The notes under the pieces were generated by a model. It saw only the letters and a list, made by a program, of their open reading frames with translations, had not been told where the DNA came from and searched no databases. DNA of 62,650 bases, taken from the NCBI RefSeq assembly GCF_040409695.1, contig NZ_JARWGJ010000200.1, forward strand, positions 1 to 62,650, given 5' to 3'. This DNA comes from Longimonas sp. (GTDB lineage: Bacteria > Bacteroidota > Rhodothermia > Rhodothermales > Salinibacteraceae). Both the position numbers and the translations under genes were made by a program. Below are positions 1-10,479 of this stretch, one piece after another (the first letter of the stretch is position 1; each line of letters begins with the position of its first letter).

Positions 1-935
1 CGAAACTCCATCGACAGGGTGGGCTCGTCTACATCCACCGGTTCGAGCGGTTCGGGGTGTTCAGCGTCGGAGAGGCTTTCGCCGAGACCGATGCCCTCGA
101 CGCCCGCCACGGCAATGATGTCGCCCGGGCCCGCCTCCTCGGCCTCAACGCGTTGCAGTCCTTCATAGGCGAAGAGCGCGGTGATCTCCGTGGTCTCGAT
201 GGAGCCATCGCGGTGACACATCGACACGCGCTGCCGGTTTTTAAGACGGCCTTGCTCGACGCGCCCCACAGCGACCGGGCCGAGGTAGTTATCGCGCTGC
301 ACGCTCGTTACGAGCATCTGCAGCGTGGCTTCAGGATCGCCACTGGGAGGCGGCACCGTGCTCAGGATCGTCTCGAAGAGCGGCTCCAGGTCGGTGAGCT
401 CGCCGCCGGGCTCGGTGGTGCACTGCCCTTCCGTGGCAACGGTATACATGACCGGAAACTCAATCTGGTCGCCATCGGCTCCGAGGTCGATGTACAGGTC
501 GTAGATCTCGTCGAGCGCCTCTTCCGGGCGCGCATCGGGCCGGTCAATCTTGTTGAGCACGACGATCGACGGCAGGTCGAGCTCCAGTGCTTTTTGGAGC
601 ACGAAACGGGTCTGTGGAAGCGGTCCTTCGGCAGCATCTACCAGGAGCATGACGCCGTCGACCATGCGCAGCGTACGCTCCACCTCGCCGCCAAAGTCGG
701 CGTGGCCAGGCGTGTCTACGATGTTGATCTTGGTGTCGCCGTACTGCACGGCGGTGTTCTTAGCCATGATGGTGATGCCCCGCTCGCGCTCCAGGTCCAT
801 CGAGTCCATGACGCGCTCACGCACGTCTTCGTTGTCACGGAAGGTGCCGCTCTGCCAGAGCATGGCATCGACCAGGGTGGTTTTGCCATGGTCAACATGG
901 GCGACGATGGCGATATCGCGGAGGGAGGTAGACAT
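1..935 (-). CDS. typA: Translational GTPase TypA/BipA (5' part; runs off the window start)
   Basis: Manual minus-strand translation from ATG at 935: [23 protein letters not shown]...[17 protein letters not shown]...[18 protein letters not shown]. Absent from the ORF track because it is open-ended. Confidence 0.93.
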   Translation of the reverse strand, partial: MSTSLRDIAIVAHVDHGKTTLVDAMLWQSGTFRDNEDVRERVMDSMDLERERGITIMAKNTAVQYGDTKINIVDTPGHADFGGEVERTLRMVDGVMLLVDAAEGPLPQTRFVLQKALELDLPSIVVLNKIDRPDARPEEALDEIYDLYIDLGADGDQIEFPVMYTVATEGQCTTEPGGELTDLEPLFETILSTVPPPSGDPEATLQMLVTSVQRDNYLGPVAVGRVEQGRLKNRQRVSMCHRDGSIETTEITALFAYEGLQRVEAEEAGPGDIIAVAGVEGIGLGESLSDAEHPEPLEPVDVDEPTLSMEF

Positions 936-1113
936 AATACGTGCAGCAGATAATCAGAAACAGAAGCAGGTGCGGCAGACACAGACGTGTGCTGCCCGTG
1001 GAGACTGCATCGTATAGTAAAGAACGCTGCTGCGTGCATGTTCGGACGAAGGGGGGCAATGCGCTCGAATTCGGCATATCCTCGCAGCAGCGTCCCGTGG
1101 CATCCGCCGAGGA

Positions 1114-1464
1114 CTACCCGTTCGACGGAGCACTGAAGGTGCGAGCACGCTTCAGAATACGCCGGTCTACGCTGAAGCGTCCCTCGTAGCGGTCGAGTCC
1201 ATCCTTGCGAAAGCGTTCGGCGTGCTCCTCGAGATAGGTGTTCAGTGCATCGGCATCACGAACGAAGTAGTGGAGGGTCCAGTAGCGAGGGCCCTCGGGG
1301 GCTTCGTCGTCAGGCACCGCATCGCCCGCCTCGGTGCGCGTGTACCAGGTGGCGCCCTCAAACCCATCAAGCGTTAACAGGTCGCGCACATGCTCGCGCA
1401 GCCACGTGCTGTATTCAGTCGCGATATCAGCATCGATGGTGAGGTTCACTTCATAGATAATCAT
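1114..1464 (-). CDS. DUF4286-like small protein
   Basis: MIIYEVNLTIDAD...WLREHVRDLLTLDGF...Y...L..YLEEHA pattern. Confidence 0.7.
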   Translation of the reverse strand: MIIYEVNLTIDADIATEYSTWLREHVRDLLTLDGFEGATWYTRTEAGDAVPDDEAPEGPRYWTLHYFVRDADALNTYLEEHAERFRKDGLDRYEGRFSVDRRILKRARTFSAPSNG

Positions 1465-1727
1465 AGGCAAACGGTTGTCTTAATGAATCTGTTGAGGGTA
1501 CGTACACACGAACCCCTCAACGAGCGCCTGCCTTCAAAGTTGGAGGGTTGTACGGAGATACATAACAAACCTCCTTCAATCATCGTCGTGAACGCGCCCG
1601 TGTACCGGCTACACACCGCTCCTCGCAGATTGCTTTTTAGCCGGTTGCGTTCCGGTACGTGTATGGTTAAACTGTAAAATAGACCATTAAGACTTCATTC
1701 CCCCAGCAACAGCACGCCCGTCTACTC

Positions 1728-2354
1728 ATGACCTACTTGCACTCCTTGCGCATGTCCACTCGGGCCATAGCGCTGATAAGTAGCGTAGCGTGTCTCATCG
1801 TGCTGGCCGGCAGCGTAGCCGGATGCACGTCAACGGAGAGCGTGTCAACGACATACAACGAGGAGACCGATCGCGTCGTGTACGAAACGAGTCCCGTTCG
1901 GATTGTGCGAGGCGGAAGCGGACTGGGCTCTTCAGGACAGCAGATCATCTACGTTAAGTCGCAAGCCGACTGTCAGGGGCAGGCATGCACGCCTGCGAGC
2001 GTCCGCATCCTCCTCTCCAGCGGAACGCGCAATGTGAGCTGGCTCGACTACGACAATGTGACCATCATTGCCGACAACTGGAGCCGGACATGGCGAAACG
2101 TGTCGACCCGGGAAGACCCCGAGCTTATCGGAATCGGTGAGTTTATGCGGCTCACGATTCCCATCGACGAGTTTCGCCTCCTCTTGCAGAGCCGAAGCAT
2201 GAGCATCCAGATTGGGGGCACAAGCATCAACCTTTCATTCTCGCAGATGGAGCGCTTTCGCGACATGATGGTGGCCATGGATCCCGACTCCTACGACGAG
2301 AGCGACGATGTCTTCGAAGGAGAGGACGCCGACGGCGACCTCGCTTCACGGTAA
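1728..2354 (+). CDS. Hypothetical lipoprotein
   Basis: Signal peptide with lipobox VAGC; acidic C-terminal tail. Confidence 0.7.
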   Translation: MTYLHSLRMSTRAIALISSVACLIVLAGSVAGCTSTESVSTTYNEETDRVVYETSPVRIVRGGSGLGSSGQQIIYVKSQADCQGQACTPASVRILLSSGTRNVSWLDYDNVTIIADNWSRTWRNVSTREDPELIGIGEFMRLTIPIDEFRLLLQSRSMSIQIGGTSINLSFSQMERFRDMMVAMDPDSYDESDDVFEGEDADGDLASR

Positions 2355-2408
2355 CGTAGCTACTTCAAAACATACAGGGGGATACGGCAGGGGGCAGCGC
2401 CGAAGGGG

Positions 2409-2906
2409 TCAACCCGGCAGGTTAAGCCGCGAGGCGGGGAGCCAGGCCCATTCGGCCGTAGCTTCGACGACCGCTTCGTCTCCCATCATGAGCGTCACTG
2501 GCACGTCCACACGACCAATGGGGCGAGCACCGAGACGAGTGCGCGCGTCGGCATCAAGAGAGGCGGTAGCTGTAATCCGTTCGGCAGCCGGACGCTGAAA
2601 CGATACGTCGAGTGTGCGAATGACGGGCACGCTCTCATCGGGGATGTTCAGAGCCGTGACGAGTCCGGAAGCTGTCTCTGCAAGCAGCGCCAGCGCCGCC
2701 GCGTGCATCGTGCCGATGTGGTTGGATACGGCACGCTCCGGGCTCAGCGCGACCGTCACGGCCTCGGGGGTGTACGTGCGGATGTGCACCCCGGCGGTAT
2801 CCACAAACGGAATCGTCTGGCCGATGGCGTGCGTGATACCATCGGGACGAAGATCATCCGGGCATTCAGCAAAGCGGCGAGCAATGGCAGGAAAGGGGTT
2901 GGCCAT
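2409..2906 (-). CDS. Hotdog-fold thioesterase (PaaI/DUF4442-like)
   Basis: NHIGTMHAAALALLAETASG motif. Confidence 0.8.
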   Translation of the reverse strand: MANPFPAIARRFAECPDDLRPDGITHAIGQTIPFVDTAGVHIRTYTPEAVTVALSPERAVSNHIGTMHAAALALLAETASGLVTALNIPDESVPVIRTLDVSFQRPAAERITATASLDADARTRLGARPIGRVDVPVTLMMGDEAVVEATAEWAWLPASRLNLPG

Positions 2907-3225
2907 AGGTCTGAAAGCCTTGTGTAGCAGAAGAAAACAGCTGGGCCCCCTCGGCCTCGAATCCGTCGATAGCGAGTGAGGCTACCAGCCCCGCCTCCAC
3001 GACTCGCGCAGGCCGTGCAAAAACCCGGCGACGGTGTTTGCGTGAACCTCAACCGCCTACGACCCTGGACCGAGCGCCCAGTGTTCGTGTAGTGTTTACA
3101 CGGCGTGTGGCGTAAAAATGTCCGCCCCTAAGGCCTTCTATGCAGCCCGGCGCAACAGACCGGAGCAGGCGAACCCCCATCTCCAGCCTGTACAAACGAG
3201 CGCATCCACCAAGCAACTCGTATCG

Positions 3226-4956
3226 CTATACAGCCTGCTGCGGCCCGGTGTCTACGGCAAGTTCATCCTGGAAGAGCGACTGCCGGTTGAAGTCCTGCGC
3301 GAGCATATATCCGTCGTAGTGGGTACGCCGGGCAATGTGGTTGAGTCCCTTGGCTGTAAAGTACTCGGCAACGGCGATGGGGCGCCGCCCTTCCTCTTGA
3401 ATGGCCCACTGGGCATGGTGGATGAGCAGCGCAGCCTCCAGCGCATGAGCGATGGTGTACGTGAAGCGCCGGGCTCCGGCCTCAAGGGCTTTTTCGCCGT
3501 AGTTTTCAAGCGTTTCCGCGAGCCACTGCACAGCCGCTTTGAAGGCCTCTTGTGCTTGCTTCATCGCATGTTTCAGCGCGGGCGTCTCGACAGAAGCTGC
3601 GCATCGTTTGATTTCGTTATGCACCGCCTCAAGGCGTCCGTCGCGGCGCAGGGTGCGGAGCGCGGTGAGCGACATCACGTTGGTGGTACCCTCCCACAGA
3701 GGAAGCGCAAACGTATCCCGCAGGAGCGTGGGGATGCCGGTTTCTTCGACGTATCCGGAGCCGCCAAATGCTTCAATGACTTCTGTGCTTACCTCAACCG
3801 CCTGCCGTGCTGTAATGAGCTTAACGAGCGGAGACATGGCGCGGAGCAGGTGCTGCTCGTCGCTACTAAGCGCATTGTTTTCTTCTTTGCCGACGAGCTC
3901 TACAAACCGGAACGTAAGGTGGAATGCCCCCTCGAACGTCGCCTGAACATCGGCAAGCGTATCGTAGTGCAGCGGCTTCTCGATGATGGGGGTACCAAAG
4001 GCTTTACGGCGGCGAGCATAGTCGCGCGCCAGTGCCAGGCCGCGGCGCATGCTACTTACAGCGATCAGCGCATTCCACATACGGGCGCGATCCACCATCG
4101 GGGTAAGGTGACGCGTGCCGTGCTTCAGTTCAGTAATCGGGTAGGCCACGGCGCCGTCCAGGGTGACCTCAGACACCGGCAGCTTCTTGGCTCCCATGCT
4201 CTCCTTGAGCCGGTTCACCCGGATGCCCTCATTCGGTGAGTCGGCGTGGTTGCTGCGAATGGGAAGATGGAACAGGGAAAGCCCTTCACGCCCTTCCGTG
4301 TTGGATTCGGGGCGTGCCAGCACAACGGCCATATTCGCGGCAGTAGACGAGGTAAACCACTTATGGCCGTACAGCCGCCATGTGCCATCTTCATACCGGG
4401 CCTCGGTATCCACCTTGCTCAAGTCCGTGCCGCCTTGCTGCTCGGTGCGCCACTGCCCACTCGTCCAGAACGTTTCGGGGTCACGGCTCATCAGGTGAGG
4501 CCCGACCCTGTCGATGAGCGTCTCGTTGCCAGAGCGTAGCAGGGTGGCAATCGAGCCGTCGGTGGTTGCAAGCAGGAAGCCCATCATGTCGGAGGCAGGC
4601 AGAAGCAGGTAAGCGAGGGCGCTCTGATGCACGCGGCTGAGGGGACCATTTTCGCGCTCGTATGCTGTCGCAATAACGCCATGTTCGGCGACCATCGGCA
4701 GCACGCGCTCCCATACTTCGGTGAGTTCAATCTTGTCGATCCGGTCGCCCGTCGGATCCCACTGCACCAGCCGCGGCGTGTTGGGACGGTCTTGAAGCTG
4801 CAAGTCGTAGAGTTCGCCGCCGGCAAGAGCCCCGAGCTTGTTCAGGTCGGGGCGGATGGCGGCATACATCTCAGGGGGGCACACCCGCTTCAGATACCCA
4901 CGTAACACGCGGTCGGTTACGAATTGATTGCCCAGGTCGGCCAGTTTGCGTGACAT
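3226..4956 (-). CDS. Acyl-CoA dehydrogenase, AidB-like
   Basis: SGQWxTE..GGTD, LYGHKWFTS, RLKESMG, GGSGYVEE, WEGTTNV motifs. Confidence 0.88.
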   Translation of the reverse strand: MSRKLADLGNQFVTDRVLRGYLKRVCPPEMYAAIRPDLNKLGALAGGELYDLQLQDRPNTPRLVQWDPTGDRIDKIELTEVWERVLPMVAEHGVIATAYERENGPLSRVHQSALAYLLLPASDMMGFLLATTDGSIATLLRSGNETLIDRVGPHLMSRDPETFWTSGQWRTEQQGGTDLSKVDTEARYEDGTWRLYGHKWFTSSTAANMAVVLARPESNTEGREGLSLFHLPIRSNHADSPNEGIRVNRLKESMGAKKLPVSEVTLDGAVAYPITELKHGTRHLTPMVDRARMWNALIAVSSMRRGLALARDYARRRKAFGTPIIEKPLHYDTLADVQATFEGAFHLTFRFVELVGKEENNALSSDEQHLLRAMSPLVKLITARQAVEVSTEVIEAFGGSGYVEETGIPTLLRDTFALPLWEGTTNVMSLTALRTLRRDGRLEAVHNEIKRCAASVETPALKHAMKQAQEAFKAAVQWLAETLENYGEKALEAGARRFTYTIAHALEAALLIHHAQWAIQEEGRRPIAVAEYFTAKGLNHIARRTHYDGYMLAQDFNRQSLFQDELAVDTGPQQAV

Positions 4957-5057
4957 GATACAGTCGGAATAATTTTATGTAGGGTTCTACGTAAGCTGCT
5001 CAGTAACCGGTGTGCAAGCGCGTTGCGTATAAAAGCCCTGCACGCGCGAGGCACCAT

Positions 5058-5093
5058 GTTATGGTGTGCTACAGGGTTATGGTGTGCTACAGG
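5058..5093. repeat. Perfect tandem duplication 2 x 18 bp (gttatggtgtgctacagg)
   Basis: Read directly from the sequence. Confidence 0.9.
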
Positions 5094-5443
5094 TACGGTT
5101 TGTGTGTGGTCTGTTCATCGCTCGGCCGGAGCATGCTGAATCCGGGGTGTTCTCAGCAGAGAAACCAGGTTTTGACACTGCATTGAATGAGCAATCATAC
5201 GTAGCGCAAAAAAAGATCCGAAAATGCAAGGAGCATGTAGGGGAATGTACCACGTGCGCTATGGGGCGCCTGGTTTTCGGAATAGCTACATATTGAGGCG
5301 GCACCTTCCGCGACCGCTGCAGAGATCCAGAGTAGGGTGTAACAGATTGGCGGCATACGGTACACATGCTATTGCGTACCGTGCTCCACGTACAGCACAG
5401 GAATCATCTACCGTACATCTTTTACACCGACCGAATCGCGATA

Positions 5444-6292
5444 ATGAACATACCGAACATTCAATCAGGTCGCGTTCTTCTCGTATGTCTGCTGGTCGTT
5501 AGTGCCGGACTAATCACAGGATGTGGACAAAGCGATTCACCTCCTTCAGATCGAAGTGAAAGCGTCTCCCAGTCCGCAGATGCACCTTCTGCGTTGCAGC
5601 AGGCCTGGGAGGCACATGGCGGCCTGGAAGCATGGAATCGCCAGCGCCAGCTGCAGTACACGTTTGAGCAGCGTAGAGGAGAAACCACGGCTCGCGACCA
5701 TCAGCTTGTCGATCTGGATACACGCAAGGTACGGATTGAAGGCGATGAGTTTGTTCTGGGATTTGACGGTGAGCACGCCTGGGTTTCGCCCTCGCTGGAA
5801 GCTTTTCCGTACGGCTCCAGTCCGCGCTTCTATACCAGCACCTACTTCTACTTTTTTGCGATGCCGTTTGTGCTGGCAGATCCGGGGGCAATAGCCACCG
5901 ATGTCGGCACAGCAACGGTTGAAGGCACCACATACAACGTAACAGAGATCCGCTACGAAGAGGGGGTCGGCGACTCCCCCGACGATGTATATGTCGTGTA
6001 CACCGATGCCGACACGCACGAGCTGGGACTTGTTCGCTTCTCCGTAACTTACGGCGATCGTCCGCCGTCCGAGCCCAATACGGCGCTGGTGTATACAGCC
6101 ACAGCCACAGAGAGCGGAATCACGCTGCCCGTTGCCGGACGCTATCATAGCTGGAACGACGAGTCGCTCGGTGAACCGCTTGGACCTGAATTTCGCCTGA
6201 CCGACATGCGATTTAATACCAACGCGCCCAATCCTGGTCTCTTTGCTATGCCTGAAGAGGCTGAGATCGATTCACTACCCGAGAGCAACTGA
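5444..6292 (+). CDS. Lipoprotein, DUF6503-like
   Basis: Lipobox ITGC; AHGGLEAW; YFYFFAMPFVLADPG; GVGDSPDD motifs. Confidence 0.75.
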   Translation: MNIPNIQSGRVLLVCLLVVSAGLITGCGQSDSPPSDRSESVSQSADAPSALQQAWEAHGGLEAWNRQRQLQYTFEQRRGETTARDHQLVDLDTRKVRIEGDEFVLGFDGEHAWVSPSLEAFPYGSSPRFYTSTYFYFFAMPFVLADPGAIATDVGTATVEGTTYNVTEIRYEEGVGDSPDDVYVVYTDADTHELGLVRFSVTYGDRPPSEPNTALVYTATATESGITLPVAGRYHSWNDESLGEPLGPEFRLTDMRFNTNAPNPGLFAMPEEAEIDSLPESN

Positions 6293-6495
6293 AGTAAGGC
6301 AAAAACCACTGGGGATCGTTGCATTTAGAGCATTGTAATGACGCTGCACTCGCCGCTATATTAAACGATGTGTTGAGCAGTGCCTAAAATGCCACGCAAG
6401 CTGCGCGCTTTCCTTTCTAAAGCAGTATGCGGGCAACCACTCTGTACCTCTGTACTGTTTTTTTAACGATCTTATTCTAAAACACGTTGTGTGCT

Positions 6496-7014
6496 ATGCG
6501 TCTAAAAAACAAACGGGTTGTTGTACTGCTGGAGCGCTCGTTCGAGGATCTGGAGTTTTGGGTGCCTACAATGCGGCTGCAAGAAGAAGGAGCCGACGTG
6601 ACCATCGCAGCTCCAAAAGCAGGCCACACCTACACCGGGAAGAATGGACTCAGTGCAACCAGCGATGTTGCGGCCTCCGACCTAAGTGCCGACGATTTCG
6701 ACGGCGTTGTGGTACCTGGCGGTTGGGCTCCCGACAAGCTGCGCCGCTATGAAGGCGTGACCTCTCTGGTAGCCGATCTGTACGCACAAGATAAGGTTGT
6801 TGGGCTGATATGCCATGCAGGGCTTGTGGGCATCTCGGCTAATATCGTGGAGGGGCATCGGTCCACAGGCAGTCTTGGAATTAAAGACGATCTGGTAAAC
6901 GCCGGAGCGACTTGGGTTGACGAAGCCGCTTTTCAAGATGGAGCCATCGTATGGGGGCGAGTCGTAAAAGATATTCCTGATTTCTGTCGCGAGCTGGTCG
7001 ATGCACTGGCCTAA
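6496..7014 (+). CDS. PfpI/DJ-1 family protein (type 1 glutamine amidotransferase-like)
   Basis: FEDLEF, VPGGWAPDKLRR, ICHAG nucleophile motif. Confidence 0.9.
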   Translation: MRLKNKRVVVLLERSFEDLEFWVPTMRLQEEGADVTIAAPKAGHTYTGKNGLSATSDVAASDLSADDFDGVVVPGGWAPDKLRRYEGVTSLVADLYAQDKVVGLICHAGLVGISANIVEGHRSTGSLGIKDDLVNAGATWVDEAAFQDGAIVWGRVVKDIPDFCRELVDALA

Positions 7015-7037
7015 CTTCTTCCGATGACAGTGTAGCT

Positions 7038-7070
7038 AAGCCGGTCAGGCGTATGTCTGGTCGGCTTTTT
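7038..7070 (+). terminator. Intrinsic terminator after the PfpI gene
   Basis: agccggtcaggc-gtat-gtctggtcggct hairpin followed by a T run. Confidence 0.75.
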
Positions 7071-7230
7071 CGTGTGGAGGCACTGAGAGTATGCCGGGCA
7101 GCATGGCACACGTGCCCCTATCAACCGTGTACTTGAGTCAAGAACTGGCAATCTACTCGTCGTGTCTTGACGAGCATCTCTTGAGAACACGTCTGACAGT
7201 TTTCCGACTTTACTCACCGACCGTACCTGT

Positions 7231-9018
7231 ATGGATCCTCAACTTCTTATTGTACTCGGTATACTGTCCGTCACGGTCATTCTCATCATCACCGAGTGGT
7301 TGCGGATCGATATTGTTGCTATTCTGGCGATGCTCGCGTTGGTGTGGACGGGGAGCCTGTCTCCGGAAGACGCGCGCTCTGGATTCTCCAGCAATGCTGT
7401 CCTGGCGATCATCGGAGTCATGGTCATGGGCCGTGGGCTCTTTGCCTCAGGCATCACCGATAAAATTGCTGACTTCATCCTCCGCGTGGCCGGGTCGGGG
7501 CGACGGCGTATTCTCTCTACCGTGTCGGTCACCGTAGGTGTGATGTCTGGGTTCATGCAGAATATTGGAGCAGCGGCCCTCTTTCTGCCGGTTCTGACAG
7601 GCATCTCCAAGCGTGAAAACATCCCGGTATCGGGGTTGCTGATGCCAATGGGGTTTGCCGCGTTGATCGGAGGAACGCTCACGATGATCGGAACCAGTTC
7701 GTTGATCGTGCTCAACGACTTGCTCGCGACGCGCGGTATTGAGGCCTTTTCGTTCTTTAGCGTCACGCCCATCGGCATTGTACTTCTGATCGTTGGCATC
7801 GCTTACTTTCTGCTTTTCAGCTCGTCGTTGCTCCCAACGGGGAAAACGACGGATCCGGAAACGACGGCGGGCGCAAAAATGCTTAACGTTTGGGGGCTTT
7901 CCGACTCGATATACACGTTTCGCATCCCAGAAAAGAGCCCGCTGGTCGGGAAGTCCGTCGAAGAATCGGAGATGGGCGCGCAGTACAACGTTAACCTGTT
8001 GCGTGCCTACGATGAGGACGCTGCCGAATACAAGATCTGGGACGAGCTGCAGTTCGAAACAGATCAGCAACTGCTGGTACAGGGGCAAAAAGAGGATATC
8101 GAGCGGTTTTCCGGTGATAACAACCTTCAACTGCTGGAGAAAGGAGAGAAATCGGCACAAGATGCGGCAGTAGGCTACCTGGAGGTTGTTATCCCAGCAC
8201 GATCAAGCCTGGTGGGAAAGACTATTCGCGATGTAGCGCTGCGAGATGTGTATAACGCGCAGGTGGTTCTTGTCTTCAGTGAAAGCCAGGTGATTGATAA
8301 GAAGGTTGCGGACCATGCCATTCGTGCCGGAGACACGCTCGTGTTGCAGGGCGCGTGGGAGAACTTACGGTTTTTTGAGGAAAGCGAAGACTTCATCACG
8401 GTTACCCCGCTTCCAAAGCGCGAGGAGAAACGTCCTGAGAAAGCCATCTTTGCCGTTAGCAGTTTTGCTGCTGCCCTCGGCGCGGTGCTGCTACTTGACC
8501 TTCCGATCTCGATTGGATTTCTGACCGGTGCTGTAGCGATGGTGCTGGGCGGCGTGCTCTCCATCGAGGATGCCTACCGTGCTATTGAATGGAAAGTCAT
8601 CTTTCTGATTTCCGGGCTCATTCCGATTGGCCTCGCTATGGAGTCGTCGGGGGCAGCGTCATTTATCGCCGAGGCGTTGGTGCAAAGCATTGAAGGAATC
8701 CATCCATTCGTAATCCTGTTATCGCTCGGCGTACTCACAACGCTGTTCTCGCTTGTGATGTCGAACGTTGCCGCTACGGTCCTACTGGTGCCGCTGGTGC
8801 TTGAGCTGACAGGCATCGGGGGGCTGCCGGCCAAGGTGCTTGTGCTACAGGTAGGCATCTGTGCGGCCAACTCCTTTATCATCCCTACTCATCACGTCAA
8901 CGCACTGCTCATGACGCCCGGCGGGTATCGGGTTTCCGACTACTTGCGAGCCGGTAGCCTGCTGTCGATTCTCTTCGTTGTTGTGACCACTGCGATGCTC
9001 TACTTCTTTTACGTTTAG
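7231..9018 (+). CDS. SLC13/CitMHS-type permease with two TrkA-C domains
   Basis: Hydrophobic N- and C-terminal domains; GGTLTMIGTSS; SPLVGKS/SSLVGKT TrkA-C repeats; MSNVAAT; PGGYRVSDY. Confidence 0.88.
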   Translation: MDPQLLIVLGILSVTVILIITEWLRIDIVAILAMLALVWTGSLSPEDARSGFSSNAVLAIIGVMVMGRGLFASGITDKIADFILRVAGSGRRRILSTVSVTVGVMSGFMQNIGAAALFLPVLTGISKRENIPVSGLLMPMGFAALIGGTLTMIGTSSLIVLNDLLATRGIEAFSFFSVTPIGIVLLIVGIAYFLLFSSSLLPTGKTTDPETTAGAKMLNVWGLSDSIYTFRIPEKSPLVGKSVEESEMGAQYNVNLLRAYDEDAAEYKIWDELQFETDQQLLVQGQKEDIERFSGDNNLQLLEKGEKSAQDAAVGYLEVVIPARSSLVGKTIRDVALRDVYNAQVVLVFSESQVIDKKVADHAIRAGDTLVLQGAWENLRFFEESEDFITVTPLPKREEKRPEKAIFAVSSFAAALGAVLLLDLPISIGFLTGAVAMVLGGVLSIEDAYRAIEWKVIFLISGLIPIGLAMESSGAASFIAEALVQSIEGIHPFVILLSLGVLTTLFSLVMSNVAATVLLVPLVLELTGIGGLPAKVLVLQVGICAANSFIIPTHHVNALLMTPGGYRVSDYLRAGSLLSILFVVVTTAMLYFFYV

Positions 9019-9076
9019 GGTAATGGATAGACGCTAAATGATAGAGCGATTGAATGCAGCAGCTCTTTCTTTTTCG

Positions 9077-9208
9077 AACCCCCTCTCCCTTATTCCGCTT
9101 CGCTTCATCAGTCGCCCTACGGGCTCGTGTCGGGCTTCTCCCCCTTGGCCAAGGGGGAGATGTCCACAGGAGCACGCCTTTGGCGAAGCTCGGCAGACAG
9201 AGGGGGTT
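9077..9208. repeat. Palindromic REP/MITE-like element
   Basis: 10-bp terminal inverted repeat aaccccctct/agagggggtt; internal perfect 24-bp palindrome tctcccccttggccaagggggaga (9137-9160). Confidence 0.65.
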
Positions 9209-9453
9209 TGAGCAGATTGCGATGATGTAAACCACAGGCAATCATTTAACATTGAACCGCTACCACGTTTAGATGTGTTGCGTAGCGTACTGTACGGCCA
9301 ATAGATGAAAAGAAGTTACTGGGTCTACCGGCAGGCGGTATTTTTTAAGGCAGCCGAGCTTTCAGGGGAACCGTAAATCCAATTGGTTTCGTTTGTAACG
9401 GCGATGTCTCGTACCTGTGTCTTACCAATGTCTGTCTTTTAATCCCCGCCCTT

Positions 9454-10419
9454 ATGCCCAACGTGTCATCACCCACTCGGCCGGGCCTTAAACGCATTGT
9501 CTTCGAGCTGCTTCATCCAGCGAATGGAGATGCTGCGCTACCTGCTCTCCCCGAGCGTACGCAAGAGCGTCTGTCGGCCTGGAGTGCCCGTATCGATCTC
9601 TTCATCATGAGCCTTATCGTCCTCAGCGTAGCTGGGGTCATCCTGGAGTCGGTTGACAGCATACGGTCGGCATATGGCACCGCGCTTCATGCTTTCGAGT
9701 TTGTCGCCGTTGTTGTGTTTACTATCGAGTACGCGGGACGTATATGGACCTGCACGCTGGCCGAGCCTTACAAGAAGGGCCTGTCCGGGCGTCTGAAGTG
9801 GAGCATAACGCCTCTTGCACTCATCGACCTGTTGGCCATTCTCCCGTTCTACCTGCCTTTCCTTGGGGTAGATGCTCGTTTTCTCAGGCTCTTCCGGCTG
9901 ATGCGCATTCTGCGCCTGGCCAAGCTCAAGCGCTATATCTATACGCTTCGCCTCTTTGGACGCGTGTGGGCGAGCAAGCGGCATGAGATTGTGATGACGA
10001 CGGCGCTCATGCTTATGCTGCTCCTGATTTCGGCATCGCTTATGTACTACGCCGAGCGCAGCTACCAGCCCGATACATTTGGCAGCATCCCGCAAGCTAT
10101 GTGGTGGGCCATTGCCACACTAACAACCGTCGGATATGGTGACGTGACCCCCATAAGCGGTCTGGGACGCACGTTGGCGGCTGTTGTGGCCATGATTGGT
10201 ATCGGACTGTTTGCGCTTCCTACCAGTATCCTCGGGTCGGGCTTCGTCAACGAGATCGAAAAAGATCGTCAGGCCGGCCTGCAAGGCAAGGAAGATGCAC
10301 AGGGAGATCGATCCGCAAAAGTCGGGGCCTGCACCTGTCCGCACTGTGGGGAAACGCTTTCGGTTACGCTGCAGGGGGCTGGGGCGCAAACCTCAACGGA
10401 TGGCGAGACACAGGCGTAG
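9454..10419 (+). CDS. Voltage-gated-type potassium channel (ion transporter)
   Basis: S4 segment RFLRLFRLMRILRLAKLKR; filter TTVGYGD; C-terminal CPHCG. Confidence 0.92.
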   Translation: MPNVSSPTRPGLKRIVFELLHPANGDAALPALPERTQERLSAWSARIDLFIMSLIVLSVAGVILESVDSIRSAYGTALHAFEFVAVVVFTIEYAGRIWTCTLAEPYKKGLSGRLKWSITPLALIDLLAILPFYLPFLGVDARFLRLFRLMRILRLAKLKRYIYTLRLFGRVWASKRHEIVMTTALMLMLLLISASLMYYAERSYQPDTFGSIPQAMWWAIATLTTVGYGDVTPISGLGRTLAAVVAMIGIGLFALPTSILGSGFVNEIEKDRQAGLQGKEDAQGDRSAKVGACTCPHCGETLSVTLQGAGAQTSTDGETQA

Positions 10420-10479
10420 AGGTCCCCAGATTATTCGCTGCCAGTTATTCGCTGCACCTACGCCTGCTGTTGGCGTAAG

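Noticed and set aside
57-953. 298-aa plus-strand ORF
   Set aside because: Antisense shadow of typA.
3088-3102. Recurring gtgtaaaca/gtttacac word (about 3093, 22655, 38255, 62203, 62515)
   Set aside because: Too short and in inconsistent contexts to call an operator or IS end without genome-wide statistics.
9320-9380. tctacc and ccgtaaa, purine-riboswitch-like words upstream of the K+ channel
   Set aside because: Spacing is about 40 nt instead of about 7, and the P2/TATGG elements are absent.
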